The translations under genes were made by a program, and so were the position numbers. From the human T2T-CHM13v2.0 reference genome, Homo sapiens: a DNA stretch of 64,000 nt. Numbering within the stretch: position 1 is the first letter of the stretch; every line of letters starts with the position of its first letter. The stretch is taken from assembly GCF_009914755.1 (NCBI RefSeq), contig NC_060927.1; one strand, given 5' to 3'. This document shows positions 30,779-45,850 of this stretch, piece by piece. A model generated the notes under the pieces. The model made no database searches. It had not been told where the DNA came from and was given only the letters and a program-made list of their open reading frames with translations.

Positions 30779-31597
30779 ACCATGTTCTCCCTCATAGGTG
30801 GGAATTGAACAATGAGAACACTTGGACATGGGGTGGGGAACATCACACACCAGGGCCTGTCATGGGGTTGGGGGGATGGGGGAGAGATAGCATTAGGAGA
30901 TATACCTAATGTAAATGACGAGTTAATGTGTGCAGCACACCAACATAGCACATGTATACATATGTAACAAACATGCACCTTGTGCACGTGTACCCCAGAA
31001 CTTACAGTATAATATAAATAAATAAACAAACAAAGAAATGATACCATCTAGTTATCTAAGCAACTCAGTCTATCTGGACATCTGCTTAGGGTGACTTGGG
31101 ACAGCCAACTTGAAAAAAGGCAGCTCTGTTTTCTAGCACAGAGGCTGTAATTTTCTCCTCCCAGGTCACCCCTCCCCATACCGCCACACTTACATGCCCT
31201 TGGCCCTGCATCCTCAGGCTCTGGAGACTGGCCCAGTTAGGTTAAAAGCTCCTTCTTCCTTCCTTGCTGTTTACTCAACTTTCTTTCAAGAGTGAAAAGA
31301 AAAACTACCTTTGTGTTTGGATATTTACAATACATGGCGTCCTTTAAAAGTTGGATTTTTCTCTTGCCCATGTGTAAGGGCAGAATCCAAAGGAGCTTCT
31401 GGGAGGCCCGCTACAGCACACATGGAAGGCAGTGGGGATGTTCCTTGACTCAGTTATTTGCCTTTCCTGCTCAGTTAACATGAAGGACCTGTCAATGTCA
31501 TTCTGTTTGAAGGCTGAGCATCACAGAGTAGTTTCCTTGACCCCACACTACTCAGCCATGCACATTTAACTTCAATGTACTTTAACTTAAATTCTAA

Positions 31598-32140
<543 letters not shown>

Positions 32141-32336
32141 GGAAGCTCTGTACTATCATAAAACCAAGGCTTCTAATGCGACAGGGTAAACAGGTTAAGA
32201 AATCATCTCTTCCTAACTTTCACCGTATTCTTTTCTTCTCCTCCTTAGAGAGGAGCCAGGGCTTTATGTACTGGAGTACTGAGCTTCCCTTGCCCAGAGA
32301 AAACTTGAAGACTTTGTTTTTAAAAACCTCAAATTA

Positions 32337-32615
32337 GGCCAGGCATGGTGGCTCAGCCTATAATCCCAGCACTTTGGGAGGCCGAGGCAGGCAGATTACC
32401 TGAGGTCAGGAGTTCAAGACCAGCCTGGCCAACGTGGTGAAACCCCGATGTGCACCTGTGGTCCTAGCTACTCAGGAGCATGAGGAGGAAATCCCTTGAA
32501 GCCAGAGGCTGGAAGTTGCAATGAGCCAAGATTGTGCCACTGCACTCCAACCTGGGCTACAGAGCGAGATTCCAGCCTGGGTTACAGAGTGAGACTCCAT
32601 CTCAAACAAAAAAAA
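32337..32615 (+). mobile_element. AluS with linker deletion and duplicated 3' segment
   Basis: Linker missing at ~32448; tcca(a/g)cctggg(c/t)tacagag(c/t)gaga occurs twice; TSD cctcaaat. Confidence 0.85.
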
Positions 32616-33229
32616 ATCCCTCAAATAACAGAGCAATATAATAATTATAAGAATAGTTGACCTTTACTGAAGGTTTACTAAGTGCCAGGCATGGTGCAAA
32701 GAATGCCTCATGACAATTACATTATTTCTTCCTCACCACAACCTTATGCAGCAGGGATTTATTGTCATTCTCACTTGCCAGGAAACTGAGGCTTAGGGAG
32801 CTCCAAGGCATAGAGAGGTCTGGGGAAAATGATGATTTCAACACAGGAAGGCTGATAACAGAGCCTGTGGCCTTAACTGCCACATGTATTAGAATGCTAG
32901 AACTGGAAGTGCCAGAGATGGAGGTTCTCAAAAATTGAAGTGATGGAAAATAACCTGAACCCAGAGAAAGCTGAATTACCCCAAAACCAGGGAATGAAAG
33001 GGCTCAGTGAAAGTGCAGACGCACGCCCCATTACCTATGATTGACAGGAGCTTTGATGGAGCAAGTATGTGAATCCCTGGGGACTGAGCACTAAGCTTAA
33101 TGTTAAAAGATGGTATGAAGTCCCAGCAGCCACATCTGGCATGGAAGAGAAGAAAGAGGGGCTTCAGAACCAACCTCCCTGAAATGAACCCAGATTAGAG
33201 AGAAACAAAAGAGTCACCACTAATTGAGT

Positions 33230-33385
33230 TTTCTTTTTATTTATCAATTTAATTAATTAATTATTTATTTTAACTTTTAGTTTAGGTTTGGGGGTACATA
33301 TGAAGGTTTGTTACATAGGTAAACACTTGTCACAGAGATTTGTCATGGATATTATTTCATCACCCAGGTATCAAGCCCAGTACCC
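33230..33385 (-). mobile_element. Short 3' end of an older L1PA (PA13-16-like)
   Basis: gggggtacatatgaaggtttgttacataggtaaac...tttcatcacccaggta. Confidence 0.75.
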
Positions 33386-33747
33386 TGATTTTTCTTAATA
33401 CTCATTAAGTCCCTGGAACCATTTTCCAGCCCTGAGGGGAGGGGGTACCCGAAATAACTCTGATTAGGCATCATGCCAAGTAGACTGGTGAGGTCTGAGT
33501 TAGATGTTATTTAATTTGGCAAACTAAAGAAATATGAGTTTCCTTATCATCAAGAATCATAGAACAAATCCATCCTACAAAACTGGGGCTTGAGGGAAGG
33601 GATGGTAAAGAGATGCTACCTGTGGTGATGGAGCAAAGAATAGGAAGCTTAAGTTTCTAGCTTGCATGAGTAGAGTTGGTCATTGAAGGAATGGGCTAGT
33701 TTTGAAGAATAAGAAGTGGAGTGGTGGGAGGTATAAATCATCTAATT

Positions 33748-33922
33748 CAAATTAGCAGGGCATGATGGTACATGCCTGTAGTCCCAGCTACTCAGGAGGC
33801 TGAGGTGGTGTATCGCTTGAGCCCAGGAGTTTGTAGCTGTAGTAAGCTATGATTGCCCTACTGTACTCCAGCCTGGGTGGCAGAGCAAGATTCTGCCTCT
33901 AAAAAATAAATAATAATAATAA
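33748..33922 (+). mobile_element. Alu right monomer (FRAM/AluJ)
   Basis: aattagc...cctgtagtcccagctactcaggagg...A-rich tail. Confidence 0.85.
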
Positions 33923-33949
33923 TCTGATTCAATCTTCATGATCATAGCA

Positions 33950-34389
33950 AAAAGTTACTCAACACTGTCCTAGGAACGCATACTAAACTTGCCTTCTGTT
34001 TCTATGCTAAACAATACTGGGACAAAACAATAAATTACTCAGTTCTTTGCTCCAAAGAATAACTACTCCTGGAAGATTAGACTGTCAACTAATTAAATAG
34101 CTTACTTATCAAAACTAACATCAACATTTGGTTCAAAGTTTCACCTTTTTCCCACCAATCAAAAATTAGTATGCCATAACCTCAGCCCAATTCCAATCAG
34201 TTTCTGCTTTGCAAGACTAGCCTGAAAAATCACCCTAAACTCTACAGATATCTTTCCCTGACCTCTTCCTTCTGAGACACGACTAGAAGTCTATGAACGT
34301 GTTCTCCCTACTGGAATAAGTCTAAAAACTCAGCTTTGCTTGGTCAACAGGCTTTTCTGATGGTCCTTCTGAGGAGTCAGCAGTTGACA
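33950..34389 (+). mobile_element. MER31-like ERV1 LTR
   Basis: 'ccttctgagacac..cta', 'ctcagctttgctt..tcaacagg', ends agttgaca. Confidence 0.6.
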
Positions 34390-35282
34390 ATGCAATTGGA
34401 ACAATTAAAAAATAGTAGGAAATGAATATCATTTAGAGATACTAAGGTAATCACTTGAAAACAGAAATGGTTAAAAGGGTCTCCCTCTGGTGGTGGGGAG
34501 GGGACAGAGCAGGGGACAACTGCATTCATGACAAGTCTTTCTGTACAGCTTTTTAAACATGTGTGCATATTACTTTGATAAAAACATATCAAACATTTTA
34601 AAAATAGTAGTAATGCAGTGGCTGTTAGGCACTTTTCTCCAACCAAGAGAGCCAGCACTACTCCTTCTGGATTTAACCCTAAAAACAATATAATACGGAG
34701 GTAACAAAGAAACATTACAAGTATGTCCATCCCTGTTACACAGACAGAAAAGTCATAGCATAATAAGTATATTTTACAGGCACAGGGATGAGACCAAGGG
34801 CATGGAAATATTGCCAGAGTCTGTGCTGTAGGACTTCCTACAGATTATGATTGTTTCAATGAGTTGACCTAAATGAGTTTGGAATTGGGTCCCACTCCAT
34901 ACCCCCACTTCCATCTGCTCAGGCTACACACATTCCCAGCCAACTTCTACTCTGAACTCACCTCCAACAAGAAAGTGTCACGAGGGAAGAAGTCATTTTT
35001 CTTATAGGACAGACCATCTTCCTGGGCCTCAATTATTTTTTAATCTTAAATCTTAGAAAGGAAATTACCTTTTCAGATTGGAAACCACTTTCTGCCTAGC
35101 TCCAGCTTGAGTTGACCTATGAAGCATTTTGCTATGAGAGTGCTGTGTTCTTAGTATTTGGAAGACTGATGGAACATTGAGGGGAGGTTATGGAAGTAAT
35201 TTGAGAGGTCTCAGCAGACCAAATGCAAATATACTTCTGTTCAAAAAATAAATATGTATGTGAAGAGCTTCTTTGAAAGAAC

Positions 35283-35300
35283 TTGTTTTGTTTTGTTTTG

Positions 35301-35331
<31 letters not shown>

Positions 35332-35620
35332 TGAGGCAGAGTCTCACTCTGTTGCCGAGGCGGGAGTACAGCAGTGTGATCTCAGCTCACTCAGCCTCGA
35401 CCTCCCAGGCTCAAGCCATACTCCCACCTCAGCCTCCCAAGTAGCTGGTACTACAGGCGTGTGCCACCAAGCCCAGTTACTTTTTTGTATTTTTAGTAGA
35501 GGCGACGTTTCTCCATGTTGCCCAGGCTGGTCTCAAATGCCTGAGCCTTAACTCAAGCAATCTGCCCTCCTTGGCTTCCCAAAGTGCTGAGATAACAGGT
35601 GTGTGCCATGGGGTCAGGCC
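35283..35620 (-). mobile_element. AluJ with (TTTTG)n tail
   Basis: Antisense Alu; pentanucleotide tail at 35283-35332. Confidence 0.9.
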
Positions 35621-36313
35621 TTGAAAGTATATTTTTATATACATCCATGTGCACACACACACACACACACAAACACGCGCACAAATACACACAAATGCCA
35701 TAGGCAAAGATCCTTTTTTTCCATTTTAAAAACCATAAAACAAGTTGAGTCTGGATCTCCTTTCCCCCAGACCTTGGAACAAAAAAAAAGCTATTCACTG
35801 AGTCAAGCCTGTCACCCCCACACTTCAGAATCCAACACAGAGTTGGCTCAGATACACTTTCGTGACAGCAGTGTGACTTTTTTGAAAACTTCAACCCCTA
35901 GTTGAGGTAAGGGATATACTAACAAGTGTTTACTCAATAATCATTTGTTCAATAACATCTGCTGCACATCTCTACCTCCCAGGCACAGTACTAGAAACTG
36001 GAGATAGAGGTGGACATGACCAAAGTTCCTGTCCACAAAAAGTTACGGTCTAGTGCTTTTTGAGTAGTAAGTGCATTATAAAAATTTGATGACTAAGTGA
36101 ATTAGTAAAAAATTATGTCTAAAATATAATATAATCACACCTGAGTGGTAGACCTGTCTTTAAAAATATTTTTCATGTCAATAAAAAGAAACTAAATTGG
36201 GAAAATATACTATGATAGGAGATATCTATGAAGATACCTTAGGGAGAAAAGACAGATACAAATCTCTATACACAGTTTTGCTTGTTAATGAGAAATATAT
36301 ACATATATATGTA

Positions 36314-36324
36314 TTTCTTCCATG

Positions 36325-36372
<48 letters not shown>

Positions 36373-36383
36373 CATGGAAGAAA
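36314..36383. repeat. Perfect 70 bp palindrome: tttcttccatggag-(AT)21-ctccatggaagaaa
   Basis: The 14 bp arms are exact reverse complements and the centre is self-complementary. Confidence 0.95.
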
Positions 36384-37009
36384 AAATAAGTCTATAATGA
36401 AGCAATCCAAAGTGTTAACTCTAATTTTTGTTAGAATTAGAAAGTATTCGTTTTCATATTTCTACTTTTCTATTTTTTTCAATTCTTCTGTACTAAACAC
36501 ACATTCTATATATAGGAGGAAATTTTATTTTTAGTAGAGAAAAAAATCACTATGGTAATTCCGCACATAGTAATAGAACTAGAATGAAGAGATCTTCAGA
36601 AAACATACCAGACTGACAAGCTAACCTCATTTCTATCAACTTTTCCTCGGTATCACAAGACAACTTTATTTTTGGTTCTCAAACCTTATATCTGAGCGGT
36701 GTGGGAGTTGCTAATGTACAGAAAAGAAACCAGCAACTCTGGCTCTGGAAGAAAACAGAAGAAACCTTTACAGCAGCACAATCCAGGAAACAATAAGGAA
36801 CTTGTTTAAGGCAGCATACACCTGGCGCAGCAGATCCCTTAAAATCACACAAGCCTGGAAATGTTGTTAAATGGCCTCTTGTTATTTTTATTTCATAAGT
36901 TCCTGAACTCACGAAATTTCTAATAGTACATTTCATATTTAGTTTCTATTAAAGGAAGTTTTCATTCAACATAAATGGTAAGTATCATAGAAGAAACAGA
37001 CAATAGCAG

Positions 37010-37250
37010 TTACAATAATAGCTAATGACTTTTATATGCTTACTATGTTCCAGGCACTGTACTATCCATCGCGCATGCAATTATTTCATGTAAAGGGGAT
37101 TCTGAGCCCCATGAAATAAGTCCCATTCTTATTATACTTAAGGAGGAGGAAACTGAAGAGAGATGATAAGGAACTCACCGAAGATCCTAATGCTCAGTAG
37201 AAGAGCTGGCCTCAAACCCAAGTCTGACTGCACTTCACATCCCTAATGAC
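37010..37250. mobile_element. MIR SINE
   Basis: gcttactatgttccaggcactgt...gaggaaactgaag. Confidence 0.7.
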
Positions 37251-38294
37251 TCAGCTTCTTAATTATTTACTGTTGTTTTTCTGTCCCTGTACCAAGAAAT
37301 TTTCAAATTTTCAATATTGTTTCTAAAAACTGAGAGGGGAGAAAATGCAAAGTTTAAGCTTTAACAACCTCTATTTACCCCTTTCCCATCTTCCTTTCAT
37401 TTTTTTAAAGAAAGTAAGGCTTTGGAGAAGGAAACATCCTAATAACTTCATTAAGGCTGAAAGAATCAGCCGTTACATATTATTTGATTGTTTTCACATC
37501 GTTTTTTGTCTTCTATCTTTTACTGAAGAAACACATGCCACATCATATTTGGTATTTCAACCAGTCTCAAGGGGTTTGATACAGAGAACAGCGTAGGCAG
37601 AATAATGGTCCCTCTGATTAATGTATTGCTTCAACTTAATATTTAGAATGTAGTGGAAACAATCAATAGGCACATACTCTTCTTGGGAGTTACAAATGTT
37701 TATTTAAACAAACTCAATGTTTCCTTTGTGTATACTGCACTCAACAGCTTGAAAATGGTTAGAAAACATCTACACTCTTGAAAATCTCAGGTAAAATGCT
37801 AGTGAATGGGAGAGGAATTGTGTGCGACAACAACAGCATGTACACACTTAAGGAGCATTATTCTCTTCTATTATTTGATACTTGAGTAAACTTGGTACTT
37901 GCTAAGTTGGGTTTGGACAAAATGTCCCACTCCTATTCAAAATCATGACAGCAAAACCGAAGCGGTTTTTCTCAACCTTCAGAGCCCTTAAGAAACATGG
38001 AGACTCATAAGCTCCAACTTCAGAAACTCCAGCTGCACTGGGCACCTGGGAATGAATACTTGACAAGCTTCCCCTGCTATTTGGATGCAGGTGGCATAAT
38101 TCATACTTCAAGAAATACTGCTGTGAATAGGAGTGAATAAAAGCATGGGCTATAGAGTTGGCCATATCTATATTTAAATAATGGACCCTCCACTCACGGA
38201 CATGGTGTCCTGAGTTGAACAACATAATCTCTCTAAGCCTCAGCTTCTATATCCATGAAATAGGAGGATAACAAGAGTATCTTGCAGAGTTGTG

Positions 38295-38297
<3 letters not shown>

Positions 38298-38343
<46 letters not shown>

Positions 38344-38373
38344 AGAGAGAGAGAGAGAGGGGGAAAGAGAGAG
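38298..38373. repeat. Compound microsatellite (GT)~22 (GA)n
   Basis: Seen directly. Confidence 0.95.
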
Positions 38374-38834
38374 AATGTTTGAATATATATATAATTACTA
38401 TTTGAAAAGAGGAATCCTGTAGGCTCTAAAACCCTTGCTGGCTTGCTCTATTTCTCAGTCTTCTCTCAAGGATATTGATTCACCTTTGCATTTTTCTCTT
38501 AGTTAATCTTCCATGAGTATTAATTGTAGTTTGCTTTGATCATGAAGTCCCAAAATTTGTAAAAGCCTTATTAGGCATTCAAACAGTTCCTTCTACATTT
38601 CAAAATATTAGAACATCAGGAGAGTCTACTGCCTAATTTGGCCTTAGTTTGTACAATAATTGTAACTGGTCTCCTCGGATCTGTTCATGCAGAGCATAAA
38701 TCCCTAAGAATGGAAGACCAATTAATTAGTTATTAAAGTATAGTGCAGATGTTTTCTAATAAGAGCATTCTATATATCTATTGATTTTTAAAGGATGCAC
38801 ACACACACAAGTGGACACTAAAATCTTTCTATTG

Positions 38835-39135
38835 CCAGGCGCCGTGGCTCACGCCTGTAATCCCAACAGTTTAGGAGGTCTAGGCAGGGGGATCACTTGA
38901 AGTCAGGAGTTCAAAACCAGCCTGGCTAACATGGTGAAACCCCGTCTCTACTAAAAATACAAAAATTAGCCAGGTGTGGTGGTGCACGCCTGTACTCAGG
39001 AGTCAGCCTGAGAATCACTTAAACCCACAAGGAGAAGGTTGCAGTGAGCTGAGATCGCATCACTGCACTCCAGCCTGGTCGTGACAAAGCAAGACTCTGT
39101 CTCAAAAATATGTAAATAAAATAAAATAAAATAAA
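38835..39135 (+). mobile_element. AluSx-like element
   Basis: Full Alu; TSD aaaatctttctatt. Confidence 0.95.
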
Positions 39136-39213
39136 ATCTTTCTATTATGTTAGAACAATACATTAGTTGGAATTTCAGTTTCTACAACTTATAGAACTTT
39201 TACAAAAACATTA

Positions 39214-39564
<351 letters not shown>

Positions 39565-40078
39565 TTAATTTGAAATTCAGGTTTCCAGGGCATTTGTGGG
39601 TTTGACTTTTTTATTAATATGTAATAGTCATACAGTTAAGCACCTAAATCCTAAGGGCTTAATGAATCTTGGCAAAGTGGGCACACTCCTGTAACCACAA
39701 ATGATATCAAGATATAGAACACCACCAGCACCACAGAAGGCTCCCTGTTGCCCCTCCTGGTCATTACCTCCTCAACAAGTAACCACTGTTCTGACCTTCA
39801 TCACTGTTGGTTAATTTTATTTACTTCCAAATAAATTGGATCATGAAGAATGTACTTCTTTTCTTTCTAGATGTTCCCCTCAACATTATGTCTGTAAGAT
39901 TCATCCATAATTTTGTTTGTACAGTAGTTGCTTTTTAAAAAGTTAATTTATAATATTCTATTGTATGCCAATGTCACAAATTATTTACCCATCTAGGGAC
40001 ATTTGGGTTGTTTCAGTTTGGGGCTATTAAGAGTAAAGTGATACTGAACATTCTTGTCCAGTTTTTTGTTGCTGTTGA

Positions 40079-40363
40079 TTTTTTTTTTTTTTTGAGACAG
40101 TCTTGCTCTGTTGCCCAGCCTGGAGTGCAGTGGCACGAACTCAGCTCACTGGAACCTCTGCCTCCTGGGTTCAAGTGATTCTAGTGCCTCAGCCTAGAGG
40201 CTGAGTTTACAGGCGTGCACCACCACTGCCTGGCTAATTTTTTGTTTTAGTAGAGACGAGGTTTCACTATGTTGCCCAGGCTGGTCTCGAACTTCAGAGC
40301 TCAATCTGCCCACCTCAGCTTCCCAAAGTGCTGGGATTACAGGCATAAGCCACCACACCTGGC
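40079..40363 (-). mobile_element. AluS element
   Basis: Antisense Alu; flanks repeat tcttgtcca. Confidence 0.9.
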
Positions 40364-40605
40364 TCTTGTCCACATTTTTTAGCACATGTGTACTTAGATC
40401 AGGATTTCTGGATGATAGTGTAGGCATTATGTTTAGCTTTAGTTAACACTGCCAAGGAAAATTTTAATACAATGATCTTGTAAATTTACACTCCCACCAG
40501 TGTGTATGAGTTCCAGTCATTCAACGTCCTCAACAATCTTGGTATTCTGTCTTTTTCACATAAGCCATGATGGAGGATGTGTGGTCATGATGCATTGAGG
40601 CTTTA

Positions 40606-40972
<367 letters not shown>

Positions 40973-43449
40973 TTATTTATCTGTATTGGGCATCTGAATA
41001 TTACATTTTTTACGTCATTCTCAAGATTTTGCCCACTTTTCTAGAGTTATCACCTTTTCCTTTTATTTCTCATAAACTTTTTGGAAGAAATAATTTTAGA
41101 TGTACGGAAAAATTGTAAAGATAGTACAAGGCATTCCTATATATCCCTCAGTCACTTTCAGTTAATTTTAACATTTTACATTATCACAGTACATGTGTTA
41201 AAACTTAGAAACCCACATAGGTACTAAACACTCAATACTACTATACTAAACTTCAGGCTTGATTTGGACTTCTGCAGTTTTTCCACTATAATGTCCTTTC
41301 TTCTTCCATATATCAAACCAGATTACCACATTGTTTTCTATTTATCTCATCTCTTTTTTGTTCCTTTTTTCTCCTGTCTTGCATTCTATTTTATTAATCA
41401 AGTAATTATTTTATCATTACATTTTCTCCTTTTTATTACATTATTAGTCATACTTTCTTTTTTGTTCATTTAGTAACATACATCCAGTTATCAATCTACC
41501 TTAGATCAGAAAATGTACCACTTCCCAGATAATGCAAGAATCAACTCCATTCACTCCCTTCCTGCCTTCCATGCTGTTGTTGTCATGGGTTTTAATTCTA
41601 CATATAGTTTCAAACCACTAGACATTATTATTGTTATTTTTAAAGAGTCAGTGTTTATTTAAACTTACCCACATATTTGTCTTTCCCATTGCTCTTCACT
41701 TCTTCCTGCATTTCTACGCTTCCATCTAAGACCATTAACTTCCTGATGAATAACTCCCCTTGTGCTTAATTTTAACATGCATTTTCTGGCAACAATTTCT
41801 CTTCTGTTTTACTTGGATATGAAAGTGAGTTTATTTCCTCTTCATTTGTTTATTTCTTCATTTGATATATTTCTTCATTTAAGGATATTCAAATGAATAT
41901 TTTCATTTCATTTTCATGTATCTGTTTCATCCTTCATTGAAGGATATTTCTTTTGAAAGGAAAACTGTCAGTTTATTGTAACTCTTTTAAAGATGATTTG
42001 TCTTGTTTTCTCTAAATATGACTCAGATTTTCTACTTATGAGTTTTTAGCTCTATTTGCCGTGATATTTTGTATTTATTCTGTTTGGGGTTTGTAGACTT
42101 TCATGAACCTGCAGTTTGAGATCCTTCACTTGTTTTTGAAATTATTTGACCAGCATATCTTCAAATATTTCTTCTCCTCCATTTCCCTCTCCTCCCCTTC
42201 TGGAGCTTCAAATAAACATATATTCAACACTTGTGCCAATTTTTATGTGTACCCTATGCTACTATCTAGATTTTCCATTAATTTTCCTTCTCTGCACTTC
42301 AAACTTAACATTTTCTACTTATCTACTTTCAGCTTACTAATTCTCTATTCTGTTCTCTAATCTGCAGTTAAACTCATTTTTTTACTTCTTAATCCTCTCA
42401 GCTCTAGAATTTCCATTTGACTATGCTTTTATAGATTCTAATTTTCTAGTGATAGTCTCTATTTTTAGAATCTACTTTTTAAATCTATTAATTATAGTTA
42501 GTTAAATAACCTCAATATCCACATCACCTGTAGACCTATTGCTGATTTTTTTTCCTTTTAGCTTTTGTCATTTGGTCAAGTTCCCTGGCAAACCTGATAA
42601 TTTTAGATTGAAGGCTGACATTACACATGAATGATTGTAGAGACTCTGGATGATATTATATTTCTCCAGAGAAGATTTTATTTTCTTCTGCCTAAAAGGC
42701 AGGAAATCCTGATCCAATCAGAGACTGAAATAATTGGAGACTATTTTTAAGACTTTGTGAGGGCTGATCTATTACTGATTTATCCCTATCATCAGTCATA
42801 ACACTTCAGAGGTCTCATTTAAAAGCCTGGGGAATTTACTGAGATCCTTGGCAGGTTCTAAATTATAATTTTTGTTTCTCCCCAGCACTGTGAGACTGCC
42901 AAGAGCTCTGATTAGTTTTTTAGCTAAAAGGCAACTACTTTTTTTTTCTGGGTTTCTTAGCCTCTCGCTCCACACATGCCCAGTTTAAGAATTCGCTAAC
43001 GACTTGAAGGGAAATGGTATAGCAAAAGCTAGGATCACTTCTCTGAAGTTCCCATTTCTTCAGGATTTTGATGCCCTTAAGTTCTGGGTACTTAACTAGC
43101 CCTGAAGTTCAATTTTGGTCTCATCTTAGTGATACTGCTGCAAACTCTAGACCTCTGATTTCTCTTCAGCCTCTATGTCCCACAAGGCAAATTAGCAAAG
43201 ATTCTAAGGGCAAAAGCATTAGCAAATTCAGGACTCGCCCTCTGTTTTTCCTTTTTCTTTGAGATCCTGGCCTCTCAACTTTCAGTTACCTTGGTTATTG
43301 TCTGATGGCTTCAAACAGCTTTTATTTTGTATTTTACTGAGATTTTATATTTGGTCTCAGTGGAGGGTCTGTCTAATTCTAGGGAATTTGGATTAAATTT
43401 ATCCTACTACTTTCTTAGCCAATAAGGAAGTTGAAATCAACCTTCAAAT

Positions 43450-43580
43450 AAGGCAATATTCTGTCCCAGTTTGCCTGGGGTGGTTCTGAGTTATATCTCT
43501 TATCCCAAAATAATTACTAATTATAACTGGTGCCCCCTTTCACTCTCAAAAGTGTCCAGTATGTGCAATAAATTACGTGA
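43450..43580. mobile_element. MER94-like hAT element
   Basis: gtcccagtttgcctggg...gccccctttcactctcaaaagtgtcc. Confidence 0.65.
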
Positions 43581-44490
43581 TTTTCCACCTCTAAAGATGA
43601 TTGCACCTTCTCCCTGCTTCGATTAAAATAACTATTAAATAATTACTTAATTTGTAAAACTGAAGAATGTTATATAACTAACCAATAAAAGAAAACAGGG
43701 TTTCATTTATATTACCTGTGAATGCTTTAGAACTAGTATTTCTTGTATGTACTTGAATATTATCTGGCACATCATTCTGAATCCAACGAAACTTTTCAAT
43801 TTTTAAAGATCAAGGATATTTTCACAGTGTCAAGTAGATAATCAATTCCAATGTTGAAAAACTCATCATATCACGTATGCAAACATGAATACACATATCA
43901 GTATAATATGCCCACTCACAAAAGTCACCTATTTTTCTACATGTATAATTTTCATAGCATCTTAGGACTAGAAGAAATCTTAAAGATGATTGAACTCAGC
44001 CAACATATATATATATAAAATAATTATATATATTATATATACAATCTTCTACAGATAAAGACACTGAGGTCCCACAATTTCAGCTTAGGGTGACCTAAGT
44101 AATTCATCCAACATCACAGCTAGACAGTTATCACAGCTAGATCCTAAACTGTCTTGAGCCCCAGTCCACTACAATTCCCTCACTACATACCGCCCAACCC
44201 AGATTTTTCCGATTGGTAAACTCCTCCTGCTTCTACAATAACAAACACTTCCTGTTTCTATATTCTAGTACACAACAATAAAAGGATTTGAGAAACTTTT
44301 CCTACTAGGATATAAAAGGCAAGATATCTCCTTCTCTGAATTTCATAATCTTTTATGTTTTTATTCATTAAACTTTTGCTGGAATACCCATTGGGTAGCC
44401 CCCAAGGATTTGGAGATGCAGGTGGTTCATTAAGATTCTTTGTTTATTTCAACTGGAAGAATTTACAGACTACATGATTTATTAGGTCGC

Positions 44491-44995
44491 TGTAGTAGAT
44501 ACATCTGGTGCCCTGAGTCACATCTACCCAGCCTTATATCTGATTTTAACCAGGTTGGAATAGATAATTGAATGCATTCTCAGATCTGCTTCACCTGATG
44601 ACGTCTTATCTCTAGGCCACACTGAGAATCTTTACTTTCTGCCCCATGGCCATGTTGGATTCCAGCAGGAGTTTTTTGGCTTATACATATGTGCAGCGAA
44701 AGAACAGGGAGCAACCTTAACCAATGGACAGGAGCTAATGAATAAGCACTCTTGCCGCCCCACAATTGTGTGGACAATTCTGGGAGGCATCCTTCATGCT
44801 TCTTAGGATGCTCCTGTAGAATTAAGCCCTGTTGCCCACAGCAGTAGTCTTGAAACATTATCCTCATGTTTCTCCATTTCTTCCTTTCCAGTCTTGTTCT
44901 TCTTGCTCCCTTATTCCTATCCTCAAAATCATTTTATGTGGTTTGGAGATCATTTTATGTGTTTTATGTGGTTTGGAGGAACCCAAACCACATAA
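44491..44995 (+). mobile_element. LTR16-like ERVL LTR
   Basis: tgtagtagata...ggtgccct; 'ccaatgga..ggag', 'gacaattctgggaggcat', 'ggaggaacccaaac'. Confidence 0.7.
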
Positions 44996-45151
44996 AACTC
45001 AAACACTAAACTCTCCTATTTACGAAATGTCCCTATGTCAAAGCCCTCTCATCTTCATTTTCATACGTGGAGGCTACACCTCCTTAGCTCCTATTTCTAT
45101 GGCATGTCTGCCCAGACAATAAAGCACAACTATGATGAATGTGTTCTATTA

Positions 45152-45170
45152 TAGTGCCATCTAGTGGCAA
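45152..45170 (-). promoter_or_regulatory. CTCF core motif (ttgCCACTAGATGGCActa)
   Basis: Reverse complement of tagtgccatctagtggcaa matches the CCAC(T/C)AG(A/G)(T/G)GGC(A/G) core. Confidence 0.65.
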
Positions 45171-45589
45171 GGATGAATCAAAGCTCACGGCATCTAAGTG
45201 ACCAAGGTATAAGTATTAAACTTCAGCACTGGTAATTTCACATTACATGAGATAGATAGATGCATTCAGGAGCAGACAGACTTACCACAATTCCATTGAA
45301 GGTCAAAAAGATAAATGTTTGTGACAGGATATTAAAATGTTGGGATAATTTTATGATACGTAGGTAACACAAGCTAAGACAATGATAAAGATAATCAAAT
45401 TTCATGCATGGAAAGGCAAAAGCTAATCACCGACAAGGTCAGGTAGAGCTTTACCTCTGTGTTTTAATTTAGCTGAGCATACAGCCATATTAAACACACA
45501 AAGTTGGTTCTCACAGTACAGAAATCCGCCCCACAGTCCGGAGTAAAGAGATCTCAGAATAGAAAACATGAGTATTAACATGAAATAAT

Positions 45590-45850
45590 AAGAGCAGCTA
45601 TCATTTAATGAGTACTTATTATGTTCCAGGCGCTTTACTAAGCATTTTATCCATGTAATCTCACTTAATTTTCACAACAACCCTATGAGGTGGGTACGAC
45701 TGTTATCCTCATTTTTCAGACAAAGAAAGAAAGACTTAGAAAAAATACTAAAGTTCCCAATGTCACACACCCAGTAAAGAACAGAAAAAACATTCAAATG
45801 TAGGTTTATTTGGCTAAAAAGTCTGTTCTCTTATCCATTTCATATTACAT
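45590..45850. mobile_element. MIR SINE
   Basis: tacttattatgttccaggc...cacaacaaccctatgaggtgggtac..ttatcctcattttt. Confidence 0.85.
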
